The notes beneath the pieces are model-generated. The model worked only from the letters and a program-made list of their open reading frames with translations, was not told the DNA's origin and made no database searches. A stretch of 64,000 nucleotides of DNA, from assembly GCA_964016885.1 (NCBI GenBank), contig OZ024754.1, forward strand, positions 18,042,001 to 18,106,000, written 5' to 3'. Of the stretch, positions 31,575-45,364 are shown in pieces. Position numbers and translations under genes: made by a program. The stretch is from Eledone cirrhosa. Lineage: Eukaryota. Position 1 is the stretch's first letter. Every line of letters begins with the position of its first letter.

Positions 31575-31910
31575 GAAGAAGCATGGTTTAGTGATTAGAG
31601 CATTGGGCTTGCAATTGAGAGGTTGTGAGTTTGATTCTTGGATCAGGTGATGCATTGTGTCCTTGAACAACACACTTTACTTCACAGTGCCTGAGTTTAC
31701 TCAGCTGTAGAAATAAGTCACAGGTGTCAAGCTGTGTTGGCCATTGCCTTTCCCTTGGACATCATTGGCATGGAGAGGGGAGACTGGTATGCATGGGCGA
31801 CTGCTGGTCTTCCTCAAACAAATATGCTCAGACTTGTTCCTCAGAAGGGGAACTTTCTAGGTGTAAATCCCATGGTCATTTATGACCGAAGGGGGGTCTT
31901 TACCCTTTAC
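31575..31910 (+). mobile_element. tRNA-derived SINE
   Basis: A-box-like TGGTTTAGTGATT, B-box-like GAGTTTGATTC, central TGTGTCCTTGAACAACACACTT domain, ends TTTACCCTTTAC. Confidence 0.75.
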
Positions 31911-32046
31911 ACTTTATATAAAGCATAATAAAAGACATCAGCACAAGAAGTGAACAATTAACTGAAGAGCAAATCAGACAATTACACTAAGCTTATCTGA
32001 TCTCTTGTAGTCTTATTTTCACAGAAACTAATATCTACTTTGTTAA

Positions 32047-32232
32047 CCCTTTAGCATCCACATTATATTTTCTCACCTGGCATAATTATCTTGCATAATA
32101 TTGAATCATAAGATTTTGATATTCATTTTGAGAACAATACTTTAACCAGTATGAGCAGCCAGTTACTGCAGGTTTGAACAGAAAGATGTGAGAGAATTCT
32201 GGCTGGATACGGTTGGTTTAAATGCTAAAGTA
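32047..32232. mobile_element. piggyBac-like MITE; partial copies at 1-86, about 30780-30985 and 57225-57381
   Basis: TTAA|CCCTTTAGCAT...ATGCTAAAG(GG)|TTAA termini and shared internal sequence. Confidence 0.65.
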
Positions 32233-32674
32233 TTAAAGTTTAGACAGTTACGTAACATCAGCGATCTAAAGTTTATGGAATGTCCTTGTGGTTTGTATTT
32301 GAAAAAAAAAAAAGAAAAGAAAAATTGAAACTCTCTTTTGGTTAGTTTTGGTCTATGTGTTAGTTGTTCAATTTGGACGTAAATTCTAAAGAAAGCCACC
32401 AGTGCCATAAATGCTCTGCTACTAAATCAAAGAACCAAGCAAAGATCAATTTAAAAAAAAAAACTTTTTTAGTCAGAGCCAGGCCCATGGCCCTTTTCAG
32501 AACCCTACTAAGATTGGTGGAATATAAGGTGTCCTCAAACCAGAGACATGGTGCAAACATTTGCAATAAAGAGGACTCTTCTAACAGCACCCAAAGACCA
32601 GGTAGTGACTTTAAGCCAGGTGATAAATTATGTCTACATAATTATTTACTAATAGCAGCTTACACTAGAAGAGA

Positions 32675-32708
<34 letters not shown>

Positions 32709-32843
32709 TCTATTCTCTTATAAATTGAGCCAACTTATTCAACTTCCTGTGCAAATGAGATTAATCACCTCATTTATACAGACGAGAAAACTATATATTC
32801 TCGCCTGTTTTCAAGTCCATCAGTTGCAAGAGTGGGAGGGATC

Positions 32844-32881
32844 GTCCTGATGAGAACCAGTTCAGTTCGAAATGCATTGAC
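32844..32881 (+). ncRNA. Type I minimal hammerhead ribozyme
   Basis: gtc-CTGATGA-gaac cagttca gttc-GAAA-tgca-TT-gac; palindromic ATGCAT stem III. Confidence 0.75.
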
Positions 32882-34507
32882 AATTGTCCCTCTTGCTTCT
32901 GCTGGATACCGCCAGGTGGCGATACCCGCCGGTGTTTTTGCATAGAGACGGCTTTCTAAATGTTTATTTATAAACATACCGTATTTCTTTAGAAATGCAA
33001 AATTCCAATACATATCTGTATACATCTATGCTCGAAGCTAAATTCTAATTCTATACATATACATATATATATACATGTAGTGTGGACAAAGAGTCAGGCA
33101 GTATCTAATCTGATTGTGCATTCTGAGTTCAAATTCTGCCTCCCAATGCCAGTAATTGCAACTGTCAGATAGTATCAGCAATGGAAAGACCAGCAATGGC
33201 AATAGTTTCCTTGACCAAATCTGACAATCAACTCCTACACATTTTTTCCTTCAGTCAGTTAAAAAATGTATTGCTTCAATAACTTTCAAGAGTAAAAACT
33301 ATTCAAAAGTAAAAACTATTACACGAAAAAGAAAATAATTTTAAATCATTGAGATTATATTAGACATTTTTGATGGATATAATAATATTAACTAAAAAAA
33401 AAAAGCAAATAAATTTCAACAAATGTCTTAATTCATCTGATAAGGGTGGATAAAATATTGCAAGTAAGCAGAAGACCAGATCAAGTTTTCCAATCTCAAA
33501 GCCAACATTTTAATTTATAAACAACCTATAAATCAAATGGCTGCTTGCTAATTAGGATTCAAAATCTTCAGCTATGATCAAAATTCTTTGAAAAGTAATT
33601 CATTTTAAAGCTGCAAAAGTAGTAATTATTTTATGGGTTCTACTTTTTATACACAGTTTGTATTGACTTGTAATTCCTGGTGGGGTTGTAGAGGCAACGC
33701 AGTGACATACAGTGACAGTGTTTCTTGGGCATTTTAAATCTGACAAAGCCCATCTCATTCCAGGTCTGAATACTTCCAATTTCTTTCAGAGAAAGAGTGA
33801 GAATGATATAAAGGAAGTGAGAAAGAGATATAGGGGAGAAATTGACACCAGTACTTATTCAACCTCGAAAGGATTAAACGTAACATTGACATTAATGGGG
33901 TTGAAATGAAAGTACAGAAAGCTAGAACAAATACCACAGAGTATTCTATCCAATATTTTAATGGCTTTACCAACATACTCCTTACATTGTACAGTTTGTC
34001 TGTTTTGTAGGCCAAAGCTAGTATTTGGGAGTAAGATAAGTTTTGTAATGCCTATAAATTGATTCCAGAATTAAGGAGAAGGCTTTTTACTATTTTATAA
34101 AGAATCACAACATACCTTGAACTTAAGTAAAAGGAAATACAAATGCCTGTGTGTTGAAGGAGTTTGCTTCATAAACACGAGTTACCTTGGTTAAGTGTCT
34201 TCTAGTATAGCCGTATAGCCACAAGACAACCCATAAGTTTTGTGAGAAATTTGGTAGACAAAACTGTGTGGAACTGTCTCATGTGAGTATACATATGTAG
34301 ATCCTGAGTTAACTCAGGGGGTAACCACAGTAAATAAGGTACTCAATACATTTGTAGAGTGAAAACATCAACATTTAATATAGAAATGGCTTCTATGGGA
34401 AGAGAAGTTAGTATTTCTGATGATTTCATATGAATGAAACAGTTCTAGTACTGTAGAAGCCATTGTAGCTGTTCTCAAGTCCAACAGTCGCAAGTGTGGG
34501 AGGGATC

Positions 34508-34545
34508 GTCCTGATGAAGACCAGTTAAGTCTGAAATGTATCTAC
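34508..34545 (+). ncRNA. Type I minimal hammerhead, paralog of 32844
   Basis: gtc-CTGATGA-agac cagttaa gtct-GAAA-tgta-TC-tac; stem II differs from the paralog but is still fully paired; one stem I mismatch. Confidence 0.65.
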
Positions 34546-34768
34546 AGTTGTCTCCCTTACTTCTTCTGGACACCACCAGAGAACGTTAGTCCAGGTGTTT
34601 GCATAGCTACAGCTTCCTAAATGTGGACCCTTTAAACATACCGTGTTTCTTTAGAAATACAAAATTTCTATACATATCTGTATACAGCTATGCTTGAAGC
34701 TAAATCCTATTTCTATATAAATATATCATCATCATATGTGTGTGTGTGTATATATATACATATGTTTA

Positions 34769-35380
34769 TGTCAGGTCACCAGTTGGTGCTACTGGTAACA
34801 TGTATCCCAGTACAACCTGTCTCATGGTCGGGTCGTTGGCGACTAAACTGGCAACCCCACCAAGGTTTCTTGGTGAGGAGGGTGACTTTGGACATCCTGC
34901 AGGAGTAAAAACAAAACCTGTCAAAGGGCAAAGCAGCTCTTAAGAGTCAATGGCCATCCAAAATCACCGGGAGAGATGACCTCTTAGCCTTTGTCAAGGC
35001 AGAATTCTAGGAGAAGGAAAACTCTGATATAACACCTGCAACCCTGATGGTATCCAATGATGTTGACTTGTTCTTCTTTTTGGTAAATATCATCTTGGTC
35101 AAGAGAGTGGGACTGGCTTTGTGCAGAGCCTTTGCTCACTATAAAAGCTTCACGGCACAGGTATTGCTTTATATCTGGAGATCTCTCTGCACTTGTCATC
35201 ACATGGTACCATGGGCCTAGCACTATGTGTCAATAATTGTCACAAGTGTAGTGTTTGTACCAGAGTTTTCAAGTCGCTGGCTGGACTAAAAAGTCACACT
35301 CGTTCAGCGCATTGGTAGGGGTTCTCCTACATGGATATAAAGCAGTGGCCGTACTCGAAAGCGAGTTGGCAGCCACCATA
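34769..35380 (+). mobile_element. Same non-autonomous element, copy 2
   Basis: Colinear with 26700-27308. Confidence 0.7.
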
Positions 35381-35389
35381 TATATATGT

Positions 35390-36578
35390 ATCATCATCAT
35401 CATCATCATTATCGTTTAACGTCCATCTCCCACGCTACCATGGGTTAGACGGGAGTAGTCCCACTTGAGGCAAGGTTGGTCGGGTGACCGTGTCTCGCTC
35501 ATATATGGCAGGTTTTCTACGGCTGGATGCCCTCCCTAACACCAACCACATTTACAGTGTGGACTGGGAGCTTTTTACCGTGTTACCTACATGGCCACAT
35601 TACAGTGTGGACTGTGTTTTTTGTTGTGACACCTATACAACCTCATTAGTTTAGACTGGATGTTGTGGTACCAACATAACTTTACAGAGAAAGGGTGGTG
35701 TTGGTGGGAGTGGGAGGATGGAGTAGGGGTAGTGGGTTGGGTGTATATTTGGTTAAGAGGTGCCTACTGACTGTAGGATTCGCTTTGTACATAGGCAAGG
35801 CGGGTCTTCTGTATTACTGAGTGACGCCAAAGATCTCGGTCCAGTGACATTGTCTTAGAGAGGTGCAAGTGTGTAAGGTCGAAATTTATCATGTCGTTAC
35901 AGGTTTTTCTGGGTCTACCTACTACGTAACTTCCATCAATTTTGATCGCCCTGCACTTTTTTATACAGTTATCATCTTTTATGTGCATCACACAACCATA
36001 CCAACATAGTCTTCTCTCAAGTAAACAGCATCTGATCCCTCTTATTCCTAATTTCTCACTTAGATCATTTATGTTTTGCCATTCGTGTATATTATTATTA
36101 CACATCCAACGGAGCATGCATACTTCGTTCCTTTCCAGTCTGCGCAGGTCCCCTGCACACAATGCCCATGTCTCATTGTCATGTAACATTGCTGTTCGTA
36201 TACAAGCATCATACAATCTACCTTTCATTTTTAGAGAGAAACCTTTAGTGGTCAATAGTGATATAAGCTCTCTGAACTTTTTCCATCCCGTTCTGACTCT
36301 GGCTACTGTACTTTCAGAGCACCCTCCACCACTGCTGATTTTGTCACCTAGGTAACGGAAAGTGTCCACTATTTCTATAGAGCCATCTGGGCAGTAGAAG
36401 GAGCTAGTATCCTGTGGGCACTTGCTACTTATTGTACCTGAGCATCGGCCACATATAAAATCTATATTCTTAGATAGCTTACCTGTGATCCCACTACATC
36501 TTTTATGTACCCATAGTTTGCATTTGGGACATAAAATGGAATTTCTACCTACTCCGTTTCTACACACTGAGCATGGAT
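35390..36578 (-). mobile_element. RTE LINE 3' fragment
   Basis: ORF 35764-36567: cysteine-rich insert, FRYLGD, RRLCWYGCVM; 3' UTR and (CAT)n on the + strand. Confidence 0.9.
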
Positions 36579-37198
36579 ATATATATGCATTAAACTAATA
36601 TATTTCTTCCATGCACTGTATCATTTGCTTTGTTATTTGTTTACCCCTTTTTTACATACATATATATATACACACATATATTACATATATACACATATAT
36701 ATACACACACACATTATATATATATACATGTGTGTGTGTCCATACCTGTGTTTACATTTACTCTTTGCTTATACCCTGTAACTTAGTGGTTCGGCAAAGA
36801 GAGATAGATAAAATAAGTAGCACGCTTGAAAGAAATAAGTGCTAGTGTTGACATGATTGATTAAAAACTCTTCAAGGTGGTGTCCCAGCATGGCTGCAGT
36901 GTGTAAGGAGTGAAATCAATAAAAGAATAAAAGAATAGAAGGGGAAATCAAACAGGTGTAACTATTTCAGTGTGAAATATTTGCAGTATGTTGCAGATGC
37001 TTAGAGAATCTAAGTTTGGGTTTTTTATTTGGTTTTATAGACTAGATGAAATCGAAAATATACATTAGGAGAAGATTGAACATAAGAAAATATAAATAGA
37101 GTTAAGTGATGTTAAACAACAATAGATGACAATGGGGATTAATGAGCAGAGCTAGAATAAACTGTGTGTATATGTATGCAGGTATATATATGTGTGTG

Positions 37199-37232
<34 letters not shown>

Positions 37233-37659
37233 TACATATACCTGCATTCATATATGCATGAATATATATGCATACATATATATACATATGCATACATGTA
37301 TATGTATTTTATATGTATGCAGGTATATATATGTGTACATATATATAAATATATATGTATACATGTAAATGTATTTATATATGTATGCAAGTTTGTGTGT
37401 ATATATATATATATATATGCTGATTATTGCATCTATGTATGTATGTAGATAGGTTCTGATTTCTTATATTTATTTAGCTTTGAAATGTTTGATTTGTACT
37501 TGGGTAACATGAGCAGCCACAGTTATATATTTAAGAAATTTACTTTACAATTGCCTGGTCTTGGGTTCAATCCCACTGCATGCCTACAGCCATGAGTGTA
37601 TAGTCAAGTTTACTGTACACTGCCTGGTCCTAGGTTCAATACAACTGCATGCCTACAGC

Positions 37660-37937
37660 CATGAGGTAGCATGTTCTCTGCAAATATTAGTCATGGTTCT
37701 GCATATCAAATCATCCACGATAAGCTTCACTTCCATAAAGTGTGTGTAAGATGGGTGCCAAGAGAGCTTACCGCAGAGCACAAGCACAAATGTGTTGAGG
37801 TCTGCTAACATTTATGTGACTGCTACAACAATGAAGGTGAAGAATTTTTGAGCAGAATAGTTACATGAGATAAAATGTAGGTCCATCACTATGAGCCAGA
37901 ATCCAAAAGACAAAATATGGAGTGGAAACATCTTGGT
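37660..37937 (+). pseudogene. Mariner transposase fragment
   Basis: QIIHDKLHFHKVCVRWVPRELTAEHK...EFLSRIVT*DKM*VHHYEPESKRQNMEWKH (WVPREL motif and degenerate first catalytic-D motif) with stops. Confidence 0.85.
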
Positions 37938-39322
37938 GTGCACTGCTAGCAGAGTGGCCATGTTTACACTGTAACAGCAGCAAGAAAACTAGTGCGATCA
38001 AGCTCAAACTTCGACCATGTGACCACAATAGTACTAACTATAAGCACACATAAGCATTGCAGCAAACCTAAAGATATGTTATGGCGAAAGTGCAGATAAT
38101 TTTTTACTTACCCTTGTGTGTGTGAGTGTGTGTGTTTATGCATATAGGTGTGTGTGCGTGTGTGTGTTTATGCATGTAGGTTTGTGTGTGTGTGTGTGTG
38201 TGTGTAAATCACTGATTAATAAACCATACCTATTTATTCAACCATCTTACTATACATGAAATTGTTTCATATCACCAAAATGTGTCATGTGACCAACAAA
38301 ATGTGTCATGTGACCAACAAAATGTACCTTATGATCAGATATTTGTTAATTTATAAAGGAGACGTTTGTAGAAATATCCAACATGTCAAACATACAAGGA
38401 ATGGCAAGGAGATATTTGATATACAAGGAATGGTAAGGAGATATTTAAAGAGTTCAGGATTTCTTTTCTTTTTTGCCTTTCAAGAAAATAAAGAAAGCTT
38501 AAGTCTGTGGAGATGCCATTCTTCATCTCTTGTTTCTATTGAAAGCAATGTACAAAAGCAACTACAGTCTTAGATAAATAAGCAAAGACATGTTTAGAAT
38601 ATAATGGCAAAGACTTATACAATGTGGGATTAAAAAATAAAAAACACCCCAAAACATCCCTGAATAAAGCAAACATTATATTATTATTATTCAAGAATTT
38701 ATATTTAATTTAAAGTTTTTAGATATAAATATAATTTTAGATAATTTCTGTATTTGAATGAAATCCTACATAATGCTTTCATTTTAAAATACTGAAATGA
38801 GCAAAATTTAATCTTTAATTCTTTACATTTTTTTTTATCTTAAAACATACTGCATTTCAAGAACAACCAAATAAAGATTAATCTATTTATATCTTTACAA
38901 CCAATTGTGTGATTTAAGTAATAATAGTCTACAGGGAGCAGTAGAAAGTAGCTCAGTGGTTAAGTAGAAGATGACAATATAAATTATAGGTGACTGAATA
39001 TCTTATAAAACTTACAAATCCTGCAAATATTACTCTGCATTAACTAGCATTCATTGAATTACATATATCAGTAATATTTAGGAATATATATATATATAGA
39101 TACACACAGGAATTGAGACATGACACAGACAGGTAGTTATATTTTTATATATCCATACTCTCCTACCTTTGTCTCAATTCCTGTGTATATATAATCTGTA
39201 GGGGACTTACTATAAAATTATTCATATCACTATGGACTAAGTTGTATCTGTGTTGAGTTTTAAGTGTGGCTTGTACTCAGATTATTTCCTACAGTAAAAC
39301 TTCCATCTGGATTAATTAACTC

Positions 39323-39359
<37 letters not shown>

Positions 39360-39439
39360 ATTAGTACAGAAGAATTTCAGAAGATCCCATATAGGGTAAA
39401 TGCAGAAATTCTTTGTTTAAACTTAATCTGTACTAATAA

Positions 39440-39575
39440 TTGTTTCGACTTTTGGCACAAGGCCAGCAATTACCCAGTGCATTACTGGTACTTTATTTTA
39501 TCGACCCCATAAGGATGAAAGGCGAAGTTAACCTCGGCGGGATTTGAACTCAGAATGGCAAGGGCCGTAACTCTA
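39440..39575 (-). mobile_element. Fragment of an abundant octopus-type SINE; related pieces at about 29935-30030 and 36775-36937
   Basis: TATCGACCCCATAAGGATGAAAGGCGAAGTTAACCTCGGCGGGATTTGAACTCAG (B box on the - strand); family recognised from memory, not searched. Confidence 0.6.
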
Positions 39576-39614
39576 TGCGTAAATCTGTACTAATAATGTT
39601 TGCTCCATGGGTTT

Positions 39615-39949
39615 ATCATCATTTCATTTTACGTCCGCTTTTCCCTGCTTGCAAGGGTGGGACGGGAACTGATTCTGGCTTGATTTCTACAGCTGGATGC
39701 CCTTCCTAACACCAACCTCATTTACAGTGAGTGCTGGGTGCTTTTTTGCCATGGCACCTCCACGACCACTTTACAGTGGAATGATATGGACCCCAGTCCC
39801 TATCATCTCATTTCTACAGCTGAGTAAACTGGAGCAATGTGAAATAAAGTGTCTTGCTCAAGGAAACAACACATCACCCGGTCTGAGAATTGAACTCACA
39901 ACCTTTCGATTGCAAGGCCAATGCTCTAACCACTAAGCCATGTGCCTCC
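39615..39949 (-). mobile_element. tRNA-headed SINE with RTE-derived 3' tail, copy 1
   Basis: Head TGGCTTAGTGGTTAGAGC...GAGTTCAATTC; tail matches the RTE 3' end CCCACCCTTGCAAGCAGGGAAAAGCGGACGTAAAATG. Confidence 0.8.
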
Positions 39950-40711
39950 TTTATATATACTTATATATATATACAATCGTTATCGAGCCTAGTCTCAGCA
40001 AAATATCCTAATCTTATTGTTTTGAGAGCTGTCTCTACATATATGTTTGTTAACAGTGGTAACAGTTTCACCAGAGATGATTGGATTTAAACAAATCAAA
40101 ATCAAAATTGAAGCCTTCTATTATCATTACAGTTATGTTATAGACCAACAATCAGTAACATTCTTATTGTAATGACCCAGTTTTGGGACCACAGAGAACA
40201 CCTCAATGGCCCACTTTTCTTTTTTTTTTAGTTTTGCTTATGGTTGACATCTATTTATATTAGATTGCGGCTTACATATAACAATTTGAAAATATTTGAG
40301 TCCCACTGTGAGAATACCTCAATGGCTCATTTGTTGCCAACCCCTGTTTTAGATGATAATCAATGAAATTTCCATTAATCAAAAGGTGAAGATAAACTTC
40401 AGTTTACATATTTCTTCAACAGGATATTTTTAAAAAGTCTATATAGTGGAAGCTGCTTATAGAGATGAAGCCTTTGCAATAACAATAAACAGCTGATAAA
40501 CAACAATTGGCTAATTATTCATTTTAAATAAAGAGCTTGCTTGGGTCCCAAGAATTTTGATAACTAGTTATTTGATATTATCTAATTAACAGTTTCTGTT
40601 GTACCTCAGAAACTATTCACTAAAGTACTTTATATAAGAATATAATAAAGAGAAAGAAATTACAAAGCAGCATGTAACTTTAATCAGGGAGCAGATAAGC
40701 AAGAAAATAAG

Positions 40712-40776
<65 letters not shown>

Positions 40777-41679
40777 TGCATGCATGTATACTAACGTGCA
40801 AGTATCTATATGTGTAAATAATAAGTTATCAACATTTCGAAATAAAACAGCACATGTATTCATAGTCCTGCGTAGCTGCAATTTAGGGTGACATTAGAAT
40901 AAACACAGACATAGATGTGTAAATACGTAGATTGAAGAAAGTATTGGTTTCAGACATTGAAGCTTAGTTAGATCTGTTTTAATTGAGCAAGACCTACATT
41001 CAAAACTTTCTATTTTAGCAGACCTAAAGAGCCTTGGAAGAGCAGAGGATGATTTACTAGGGCAGATGTCAGAAGTATAGCATACTTCTGATATGGTATA
41101 ATCTAAGCAACTAATAAATAGTAAATGAAAGAAAACTAAGACATTGAACAAAACAACATTTGAACTGATAAAGCACAACAAGTCAATGAAGTAAATGAAG
41201 AAATTATTCCACATTATCAATAAGCTAGACAATAACAATCACAAAAAAATCTGTGGCAGAGGACTGAGAGTATGGTAAAGTAGGTGCTTTCCAGGAAGTT
41301 AGAAATAGCAGTAAGAAAGAAGATGAAGGCCAACAAACATAGGGCTCAGCAAGTTTAATAGAAATCGCTTACAGCTTGATTTATTAACCCATGCCTTAGA
41401 AACATGGGAAGCTTTCTTTCCTGAGTCCGCAGTATTCACTTTATTATTATCTGAAATTCAAATGGTGAAAGACCACCAATGATTAAACAGATGTCAACAC
41501 ATATGTGCAAGTGGCAGTAAGAGCACATTGGTTAAATACTAAATTATGAAGCTTCAATTCAAGAAACCATTTACAAATGGCAGAAACAAAGGTTCTGATA
41601 TATATATATATATACACACATATACATTCATATATATATACACACACACATATACATACATACATATACACACACACAT

Positions 41680-41750
<71 letters not shown>

Positions 41751-41852
41751 AATGTATATATATATATGTATATATATATGTATATATATATATATATATA
41801 TATGTATATTTATATATGTATATATATATATGTATATATATATATGTATATA

Positions 41853-41913
<61 letters not shown>

Positions 41914-41940
41914 TTATATATGTATATATGTATATATATG

Positions 41941-41987
<47 letters not shown>

Positions 41988-42222
41988 GCACACACACACA
42001 CATATATATACATACATATCTGTCTATCTATCTACTCATATATATGTATCTATATATACATATATCTATATCTCCATATACATATATCTATATTTATATC
42101 TATATATATATACACATATATAATTATATATCCATATATATATATATATATATCTATATATATATTGATATATCTATATATACATATATCGATATATCTA
42201 TATAGCTATATATACATACATA

Positions 42223-42288
<66 letters not shown>

Positions 42289-42431
42289 CAATGAAAGAAA
42301 GAGTCAGTTGATTTGTAATCAAATGACTCTTATATAGAATAATTGCCAAGCACTCAACAGTATAAATTTATCCGGAGTATTATTATAATATCAATAGTAA
42401 TAAATGAAACATATATACTTTATATACATAC

Positions 42432-42479
<48 letters not shown>

Positions 42480-42550
42480 TATATATATATACACACATAT
42501 ATATATGTATGTGTATATATATAGCAGGGAAAAGCAGATGCAAAATGATG

Positions 42551-42583
<33 letters not shown>

Positions 42584-42677
42584 GTTATATTTATATATAT
42601 AGATATATATATATATTTATATATATATATACATATATATGTATATGTCTAGGGCGGGTAAAATTTACGAGATCCAT

Positions 42678-43012
42678 TGACGTGTTCATGCTGGGTCGTT
42701 GACACACATTGACATTGCACATCCAACGGAGGATGCTTGCCTCATTTCTCTCCAGTCGTCGCATATCCTCTGCAGTTGCTGCCCATGTCTCACTACCATG
42801 CAGCATCACGCTCCTCACACAGGCATCATATAACCGGCCTTTCGTACGCAGGGAGAAACCCTTCTTTGTCAGCAGAGGAAGCAGCTCCCTAAACTTCTTC
42901 CAACCCGTCCTTATTCTAGATACTGTGGCCTCGGAACACTCTGCTCCCATGCTAATCTGATCTCCTAGGTACCGGAAGCTATCCACCACTTCTATAGCAC
43001 CAGCCTGCATAT
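42678..43012 (-). mobile_element. Internal RTE fragment lacking both ends
   Basis: AIEVVDSFRYLGDQI...KGRLYDACVRSVMLHGSETW...RPSMN. Confidence 0.85.
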
Positions 43013-43138
43013 GAAAAATGTGTCTATAAATGCGACTTCTACTGCCTAATTTAATGATGATGATGATATATATATATGTGTATGTATATATATTATTATG
43101 CTTTGGGAGCGTCATGTTGCCAATAATTCAGAAACGAA

Positions 43139-43175
<37 letters not shown>

Positions 43176-43185
43176 CATTTATATA

Positions 43186-43230
<45 letters not shown>

Positions 43231-43261
43231 GTATATATATACATTTATATATATATGTATA

Positions 43262-43950
43262 TAAGACGACAGCTGTATAACAAAGTGCAGGGCAATAAAG
43301 ATAGACGGTAGCCACGGAGTAGGCAGACCCAGAAAAACATGGGACGAGCTGATAAATTCCGACCTCACACGCTTACACCTCTCCAAGACAATGTCACTGG
43401 ACCGAGACCTTTGGCGGTACTCAGTAATAGAGAAGACCCGCCTTACCTAAATACAAAGTAAAAACCTACTACAGTCAGTAGGCATCTCTATCAAAACACA
43501 CCCCCGTCCCACCACCCTCCACCCCACCCACACCGCCCCTTTCAATGTAAAGTTATGTTGGTCCCACAACATCCAGGCCGAAACAAATGAGATCGTGTAG
43601 GTGTCACGACAAAAAACACACAGTCCACGCTGTAAATGTGGCCGTGTAGGCAACACGGTAAAAACCTCCCAGCCCCACACTGTAAATGTGGTTGGTGTTA
43701 GGAAGGGCATCCAGCTGTAGAAAACCCGCCAGACAGTCCACGCTGTAATGTGGCCGTGTAGGCAACACGGTAAAAACCTCCCAGCCCCACACTGTAAATG
43801 TGGTTGGTGTTAGGAAGGGCATCCAACTGTAGAAAACCCGCCAGACAGTCCTATGCGAGCAAGACAACCACTCTTGCCTCAAGTGGGAAAACCCCCGTCC
43901 AAACCCATGCAAGCGTGGAACACGGACGCTAAACCTGATGATGATGATGA
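43262..43950 (+). mobile_element. RTE LINE 3' fragment with ~112-bp tandem duplication in the UTR
   Basis: Homologous to 10605-11174; 43620-43733 is repeated at 43734-43850. Confidence 0.85.
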
Positions 43951-43954
43951 TATA

Positions 43955-43987
<33 letters not shown>

Positions 43988-43988
43988 C

Positions 43989-44022
<34 letters not shown>

Positions 44023-44092
44023 TATATATATATATATATGTATATATATTTATATAGATATATATATATATATACATACATATATATGTGTG

Positions 44093-44132
<40 letters not shown>

Positions 44133-44314
44133 TGTATATATATATATATATATATATACATATATGTATATATATATATATATACATAGAAGCAGGGAAA
44201 AGCGGACGAAAAATGATGATGATGATGATGTGTGTGTATATATATATATATACATATATATTTATATACACATATATAAGTATGCATATATACATAAACG
44301 TCTATATACATATC

Positions 44315-44346
<32 letters not shown>

Positions 44347-44348
44347 TA

Positions 44349-44379
<31 letters not shown>

Positions 44380-44502
44380 ATATATATATGTATTTGCATA
44401 TCTATCTATCTAACATGCTAGGTTCTGATCCCATGTGCGTTTAATATTCGCATACTATTCAGTCTTCTGATATACTTAGTAGTGGAGGGATTACTAATTT
44501 TT

Positions 44503-44580
44503 ACACCCACTGAAGAGCAATGAATTGGTAATTTCCTTCGCTAAATAATTGTGAAACAGCTACCAAAGCTGTCTGGGTGT
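44503..44580 (+). ncRNA. Type I hammerhead ribozyme with full stem III
   Basis: acaccca-CTGAAGA-gcaat...attgt-GAAA-cagc taccaaa gctg-TC-tgggtgt. Confidence 0.85.
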
Positions 44581-44983
44581 TCAGGTAGTTTCCCAATATA
44601 GGTTTGTTTTTCTTTTCCTTGATTAAATTGAGTCTGGCAAACCATATTGTTATAGTTAGTATTTTTTTCACCCTAGCGAACTTCGTCCCTTACAATTCGA
44701 ACACATGTATGTTTATATTTGTGTTTACCTCTCTTTTATATTCAATTATATTAATTGTAAGAGACTATTTTGAGTTTCTAACTCAATATATACCTTTATA
44801 TATACACATACACATATATATATATATATACATCAGTATATATATACATATACATATAAATATATATATACATATATCTATATATATACGTCTATATATA
44901 TATAAATATATGTCTATATATATATATGTGTGTATATAGTGACGAAACATAAGTCAATTGCATGAACTCATAATACTTTATTT

Positions 44984-45039
44984 ACTGCTATATATATTTC
45001 GATGATAGCCATTGAATGGCTATGACCTCATCAGGCAGT
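44984..45039 (-). ncRNA. Type I minimal hammerhead ribozyme (sense to PMCA pre-mRNA)
   Basis: actgc-CTGATGA-ggtc atagccat tca atggctat catc-GAAA-tatata-TA-gcagt. Confidence 0.75.
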
Positions 45040-45121
45040 TAGTCAGTTCTTAAATATGCCAGCTCTGTGTTTATAGTGTTGATGGTATCAGAGCCTTGGG
45101 ACATATATATACATACATACG

Positions 45122-45157
<36 letters not shown>

Positions 45158-45255
45158 CGTCTATATATCTCTCTCTATATATTTATATATATACATATAT
45201 TTATATATATATATACATATATTTATATATATATACATATATTTATATATATACA

Positions 45256-45333
45256 TATGGTTTCTTTGTATTTCTTAAAGGGAGTAATTGGGGAAGATAG
45301 AGTAGAAAAAGAAGAGAGAAAGAAAGCGAGAGG

Positions 45334-45364
<31 letters not shown>

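Noticed and set aside
31575-31660. tRNA gene (also 39875-39949, 48745-48818)
   Set aside because: A and B boxes are present but continue into a SINE core and tail; no convincing acceptor stem.
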